Origin: a candidate division FCPU426 bacterium
Lineage (GTDB): Bacteria > Oederibacteriota > Muellerivitia > Muellerivitales > Muellerivitaceae
Length of the DNA stretch: 64,000 bases
Assembly (NCBI GenBank): GCA_027452205.1
Contig: DAIDGV010000003.1
Span: 201,399 to 265,398 of the forward strand
Direction of reading: 5' to 3'
Shown: piece after piece, positions 60,173 to 64,000 of the stretch
Layout of the letters: each line of letters begins with the position of its first letter
Position numbering within the stretch: the first letter of the stretch is position 1
Notes under the pieces: model-generated
The model's input: the letters and a program-made list of their open reading frames with translations, nothing else
What the model was told of the DNA's origin: nothing
The model's database searches: none
Program-made: the position numbers and the translations under genes

Positions 60173-60264
60173 CTGCGGGCTAAAACCCCGGTTAAATCAA
60201 GAAAAACGGGACCTTCCACAGCCTGTCATGCTAACTTAGCTCCAATCCACCCATCGAGGAACCT

Positions 60265-61263
60265 TTGAACTTACGGCTATCGATCTTACTGCTACTGCTC
60301 TTGCCGACGGTCGCCCTGGCCGGAGAGAGCACCAATACCCTACTCAACGTTTCATACGACCCCACCGGGGAGTTCTACCAGAAATACAACCAGGAGTTCG
60401 CCCGTTACTGGAAAGAGAAAACCCGGCAAGACGTAACCATCCATCAATCTCATGGAGGGTCTGGCAAACAAGCCCGCGCGGTGATCGAAGGGCTGGAAGC
60501 CGACGTGGTCACCCTGGCCCTCGCCAACGATATCGACGCTATTTCCCAAAAAGCGGGTCTCTTACCCACCCATTGGCAGAAGCGCCTACCGCACAATTCG
60601 TGCCCTTATACCTCTACCATTGTCTTCTTGGTCCGCCAGGGCAATCCTAAGGGCATCAAGGACTGGCCCGACCTGGCCAAACCGGGCATCGGCATCATTA
60701 CCCCCAACCCCAAGACCGGCGGGGCCGCCCGTTGGAACTTTTTGGCCGCCTGGGGGTATATGATCAAGACCACCGGTAACCCGGACGCCGCCCGGGATTT
60801 CGTGACCAAGCTTTATAAGAATGTAGTTGTCCTGGATTCAGGTTCCCGGGGCTCCACGACCACCTTCGCCCAACGGGGCATTGGCGATGTGCTGGTCACC
60901 TGGGAGAACGAGGCCTATCTGGCCCGGGACGAATTTCCAGATCAACACTTTGAGATCGTGTCTCCTTCCTTGAGCATCCTGGCCGAACCAACGGTCGCTT
61001 GGGTCGATAAGGTGACCGAAAAGCATGGCACCACCGCCCTTGCCAAAGCTTATTTGGACCATCTTTATGCTAAAGATTCCCAAGATCTCATCGCCAAATA
61101 CCATTTCAGACCCTGCAAACCCAAAGCGCTGCGTCGACACGCGTCCGAATTCGCCTCGATGGAAATGTTCAGCTTATCCGACGTTTTCGAAAGCTGGAAA
61201 AAGGCCCAAGCCACCTACTTTGCCGATGGCGGAGTTTTCGATCAGATCTACGGGACACACTGA
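60265..61263 (+). CDS. sbp: sulfate/thiosulfate ABC transporter substrate-binding protein
   Basis: Signal peptide. 332 aa with overall sulfate-binding-protein family pattern ([11 protein letters not shown]..., [15 protein letters not shown]). Confidence 0.82.
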   Translation: MNLRLSILLLLLLPTVALAGESTNTLLNVSYDPTGEFYQKYNQEFARYWKEKTRQDVTIHQSHGGSGKQARAVIEGLEADVVTLALANDIDAISQKAGLLPTHWQKRLPHNSCPYTSTIVFLVRQGNPKGIKDWPDLAKPGIGIITPNPKTGGAARWNFLAAWGYMIKTTGNPDAARDFVTKLYKNVVVLDSGSRGSTTTFAQRGIGDVLVTWENEAYLARDEFPDQHFEIVSPSLSILAEPTVAWVDKVTEKHGTTALAKAYLDHLYAKDSQDLIAKYHFRPCKPKALRRHASEFASMEMFSLSDVFESWKKAQATYFADGGVFDQIYGTH

Positions 61264-61265
61264 CC

Positions 61266-62417
61266 ATGAAGCGTTGGCCTTTCCTGTTGCTGGCCCTGGC
61301 CGTTATCGGCTGCGGCCCGGCCGGCCCTGAGCCGAACAACAACCTGGCCCCCACCCCGCCTATGGGCTGGAACTCCTGGAATAAATTCGCCTGCAACATC
61401 AACGAAAAGCTTATCCGTGAGATCGCGGACGCCATGGTCACCACCGGCATGAAGGATGCCGGTTACCAGTACGTCATCATCGACGATTGTTGGCAGCTTC
61501 CCCGCCGAGAGAACGGCCATCTGATGGCCGATCCCGATAGCTTCCCCGGCGGCATCAAAGCCCTGGCCGATTATGTCCACGCCAAAGGGCTGAAATTAGG
61601 CCTATATAGTGACCGGGGCCTTCGGACCTGCCAGAACAAGGCTGGTTCCCACGACCACGAAACGACCGACGCCCAGGACTTTGCCGCCTGGGGCGTAGAT
61701 TACGTGAAATATGACAATTGCAATCCGGCTTTTCTGTCGAACCAAGAAGCTGATTTCCGCCGGATGCGGGAATGCTTGAACAACTGCGGCCGTCCCATCG
61801 TTTTCAGTATTTGTTGTTGGGGTTTTGGAGATTGGATGCCTGCCGTAGGAGACCTATGGCGCACGACCGGGGATATCACGGATAAATGGGGACGCATGGT
61901 GGAGCTGATCGACACCAACGAGCAATACGCCAACCTCAGCGCCCCTTCCCACTGGAACGATCCGGACATGCTGGAGATCGGCAATGGCGGCATGACCGAT
62001 GTGGAATACCGTTCCCAATTCAGTCTGTGGGCCATCATGGCGGCACCCCTGATCGCGGGCAACGACCTGCGTCAAATGAGCAAAGCCACCCTGGAAACCC
62101 TGACCAACAAAGAGGTCATCGCGGTCGACCAGGACCCGCTGGGGGCCCAAGGCACCATGGTCGAATCCAGCGACAAAGACTTGCTTGTTTATGCGAAGAA
62201 TTTGAAAGATGCCGGACAAAAAGCAGTGGTTTTGTTTAACAGAACGGACAGCGGAAGCCCCATGACCGTTCATTGGGGCAAGATCGGCCTAGCCCCTGGC
62301 ACAGCCCAAGTGCGGGACCTTTGGGCCCATAAGGAATTAGGAAAGTTCAAAGATAGTTACAAGGTCTATGTACCCAGCCACGCGACGGTCCTTGTAAAGG
62401 TTACCACGCTCAACTAG
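61266..62417 (+). CDS. alpha-galactosidase (GH27), lipoprotein
   Basis: Lipobox LALAVIGC. GH27 motifs PPMGWNSWN, YQYVIIDDCW, LKYDNC. C-terminal beta-sandwich. Confidence 0.85.
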   Translation: MKRWPFLLLALAVIGCGPAGPEPNNNLAPTPPMGWNSWNKFACNINEKLIREIADAMVTTGMKDAGYQYVIIDDCWQLPRRENGHLMADPDSFPGGIKALADYVHAKGLKLGLYSDRGLRTCQNKAGSHDHETTDAQDFAAWGVDYVKYDNCNPAFLSNQEADFRRMRECLNNCGRPIVFSICCWGFGDWMPAVGDLWRTTGDITDKWGRMVELIDTNEQYANLSAPSHWNDPDMLEIGNGGMTDVEYRSQFSLWAIMAAPLIAGNDLRQMSKATLETLTNKEVIAVDQDPLGAQGTMVESSDKDLLVYAKNLKDAGQKAVVLFNRTDSGSPMTVHWGKIGLAPGTAQVRDLWAHKELGKFKDSYKVYVPSHATVLVKVTTLN

Positions 62418-62418
62418 C

Positions 62419-64000
62419 TCAGGGCACTTCGAACCAGGTCACCGAAAGAGGTGGTAAGGAGAGCACTAGCGAATAGGGCAATCCGTGGTGCCCCTCGTAA
62501 TGGGAATGGACACCCCCGCCATTGCCATAGTTGCTGCCGCCATAATGATGGGAATCGGTATTAAGGATCTCGCTATAGTGTCCCGCCTTGGGCACCCCCA
62601 CCCGGTAACCGTGCCGGATAACGGGAGAGAAATTGCCTACCACCAACACCTGCCGGCCCGTCGCGGGCGCTTTGCGCAAAAAGGCCACGATATTCTCGTC
62701 CCCATTATTCGCGTCGATCCACTGGAAGCCTGAAGGATCCACATCGGCTTCCCAGAAAGCCGGATTCTCCTGATAAATGGCGTTCAATTGCCGGACCAAG
62801 TCCTGGGTGCGCCAATGGTCCGCCCATTGGGTCAAATGCCAGTCCAAACTTTTGTCGTTGTTCCATTCCCGGAACTGTCCGAATTCACTGCCCATAAAGA
62901 GCAGTTTCTTGCCTGGGTGGGACCACATATAGGCCAGCAGCGCCCGCAAGTTAGCGAACTTCTGCCAACGGTCCCCCGGCATCTTGTCGATCAGGGAGCA
63001 CTTTCCATGCACCACCTCATCATGGGAGATGGGCAGGATAAAATTCTCGCTCCAAGCATAGAGAAAACCAAAGGTCAAGTTGTTGTGGTCGTAGCGCCGG
63101 TAGATTGGGTCCCGGCTGAAGTAATGCAGGGTGTCGTGCATCCAACCCATGTTCCACTTAAACCCAAAACCTAATCCACCCGTATAGGTCGGACGGCTGA
63201 CACCGGGCCAGGCAGTGGATTCCTCGGCGATGATGAGTGCCCCCGGGAACTGGGCATGGGCCACTTCGTTCAGTTGTTTGAGGAAACGGATAGCGTCCAG
63301 GTTCTCCCGGCCCCCAAACTCATTCGGCACCCATTCCCCTTCTTTACGGCTGTAGTCCAGGTAAAGCATCGAGGCCACCGCGTCCAAACGCAGCCCGTCC
63401 ACGTGATATTCGGAGAGCCAATAGAGGGCGTTCGACAGAAGGAAGTTCCTCACCTCATTGCGGCCAAAATTGAAGACGTAAGTACCCCAATCAGGGTGTT
63501 CCCCTTGCCGGGGGTCTAAATGTTCATAAAGGGCTGTGCCATCGAACCGTCCCAAAGAGAAGGCATCCTTAGGAAAATGAGCAGGCACCCAATCCAAAAT
63601 GACACCGATGCCATTTCGATGCAGATGGTCCACAAGGAATTTGAAATCGTCCGGGCTACCGAACCGGGCGGTGGGTGCGTAATAAGAAGTTACCTGATAG
63701 CCCCAAGACCCGCCAAAGGGATGCTCCATGATCGGCATGAACTCCACATGGGTGAAGCCCAGGTCCTTTACGTACTCGGCTAATTGATAGGCCATTTCCC
63801 GATAGGTCAAAGGCCGGTCGCCTTCCTCGGGCACCCGGCGCCAGGACTCGAGATGGACCTCATAGATGGCCAAGGGCCGGTTGAAAGTATCGTGATGGCG
63901 CCGGGCTTCCATCCAATCGTCATCGAGGAATTGATAGGTCGATCGGTTGAGAACTGAAGCTGTCAGGGGCGGCTTTTCGGTAGCGAAAGCAAAAGGATCG
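62419..64000 (-). CDS. glgB: 1,4-alpha-glucan branching enzyme GlgB (5'-truncated by the window edge)
   Basis: Near-collinear with E. coli GlgB from the catalytic domain onwards ([51 protein letters not shown]). The reading frame stays open upstream of the annotated Met to position 64000. Confidence 0.9.
   Translation of the reverse strand, partial: DPFAFATEKPPLTASVLNRSTYQFLDDDWMEARRHHDTFNRPLAIYEVHLESWRRVPEEGDRPLTYREMAYQLAEYVKDLGFTHVEFMPIMEHPFGGSWGYQVTSYYAPTARFGSPDDFKFLVDHLHRNGIGVILDWVPAHFPKDAFSLGRFDGTALYEHLDPRQGEHPDWGTYVFNFGRNEVRNFLLSNALYWLSEYHVDGLRLDAVASMLYLDYSRKEGEWVPNEFGGRENLDAIRFLKQLNEVAHAQFPGALIIAEESTAWPGVSRPTYTGGLGFGFKWNMGWMHDTLHYFSRDPIYRRYDHNNLTFGFLYAWSENFILPISHDEVVHGKCSLIDKMPGDRWQKFANLRALLAYMWSHPGKKLLFMGSEFGQFREWNNDKSLDWHLTQWADHWRTQDLVRQLNAIYQENPAFWEADVDPSGFQWIDANNGDENIVAFLRKAPATGRQVLVVGNFSPVIRHGYRVGVPKAGHYSEILNTDSHHYGGSNYGNGGGVHSHYEGHHGLPYSLVLSLPPLSVTWFEVP

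Noticed and set aside
60162-60176. Sigma54-like motif TGGCAAGGCACCTGCG upstream of sbp
   Set aside because: The -12 element reads CTGC rather than TTGC, and the site lies inside the 5' end of the accA reading frame on the opposite strand. Too weak to call without an RpoN PWM scan.

Overview
This 64-kb window comes from a diderm, LPS-producing bacterium. Eyeballed GC is about 50-53%, and nearly all genes are on the minus strand.

Housekeeping backbone:
- pgk, gap, eno, nrdR, argB, topA, valS, accA, and a nadC-birA-coaX run.
- sbp (sulfate-binding protein), a GH27 alpha-galactosidase, and a 5'-truncated glgB at the right edge.
- A lipid A cluster skp-lpxD-lpxC/fabZ(fused)-lpxA-lpxI that converges on lptF-lptG.

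The lpxC-fabZ fusion, lpxI, and a type-IX-secretion (T9SS) style C-terminal sorting domain suggest an FCB-group-like lineage. That placement is inference only.

Accessory and unusual content:
1. A LytS/LytTR two-component system sits upstream of a 2020-aa secreted beta-rich protein ending in Phe, which I hypothesise is a SprA-like T9SS translocon. That gene is TGATG-coupled to a 1502-aa FN3-array surface protein carrying a T9SS type-A C-terminal domain.
2. A 6xPAS histidine kinase and a sigma54 enhancer-binding response regulator lie next to a textbook sigma54 promoter that sits directly in front of a cheX-like/cheW pair.
3. A tmRNA gene (tag ...ADNQLALAA) has a partial 3'-end direct repeat 124 nt away. 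It is followed by ferredoxin, yjbQ, and an operon of CysM-family cysteine synthase, an AT-rich lipoprotein, a Mec+-like JAMM peptidase and an AT-rich TIR/NDT-like protein. No CysO/ThiS-like ORF is visible.
4. A PilT ATPase fused to a ~420-aa TPR array lies near dprA.
5. Two tandem polytopic membrane-plus-TPR proteins, at least one DUF2723/TMTC-like.
6. An RHS C-terminal toxin fragment whose 5' region and first 32 codons are a diverged duplicate of the 5' end of nadC. It is followed by an AT-rich small membrane protein (immunity-like) and a PQQ beta-propeller protein, all inserted between valS and nadC.

No CRISPR array, rRNA or tRNA was seen. The tmRNA is the only clear RNA gene.
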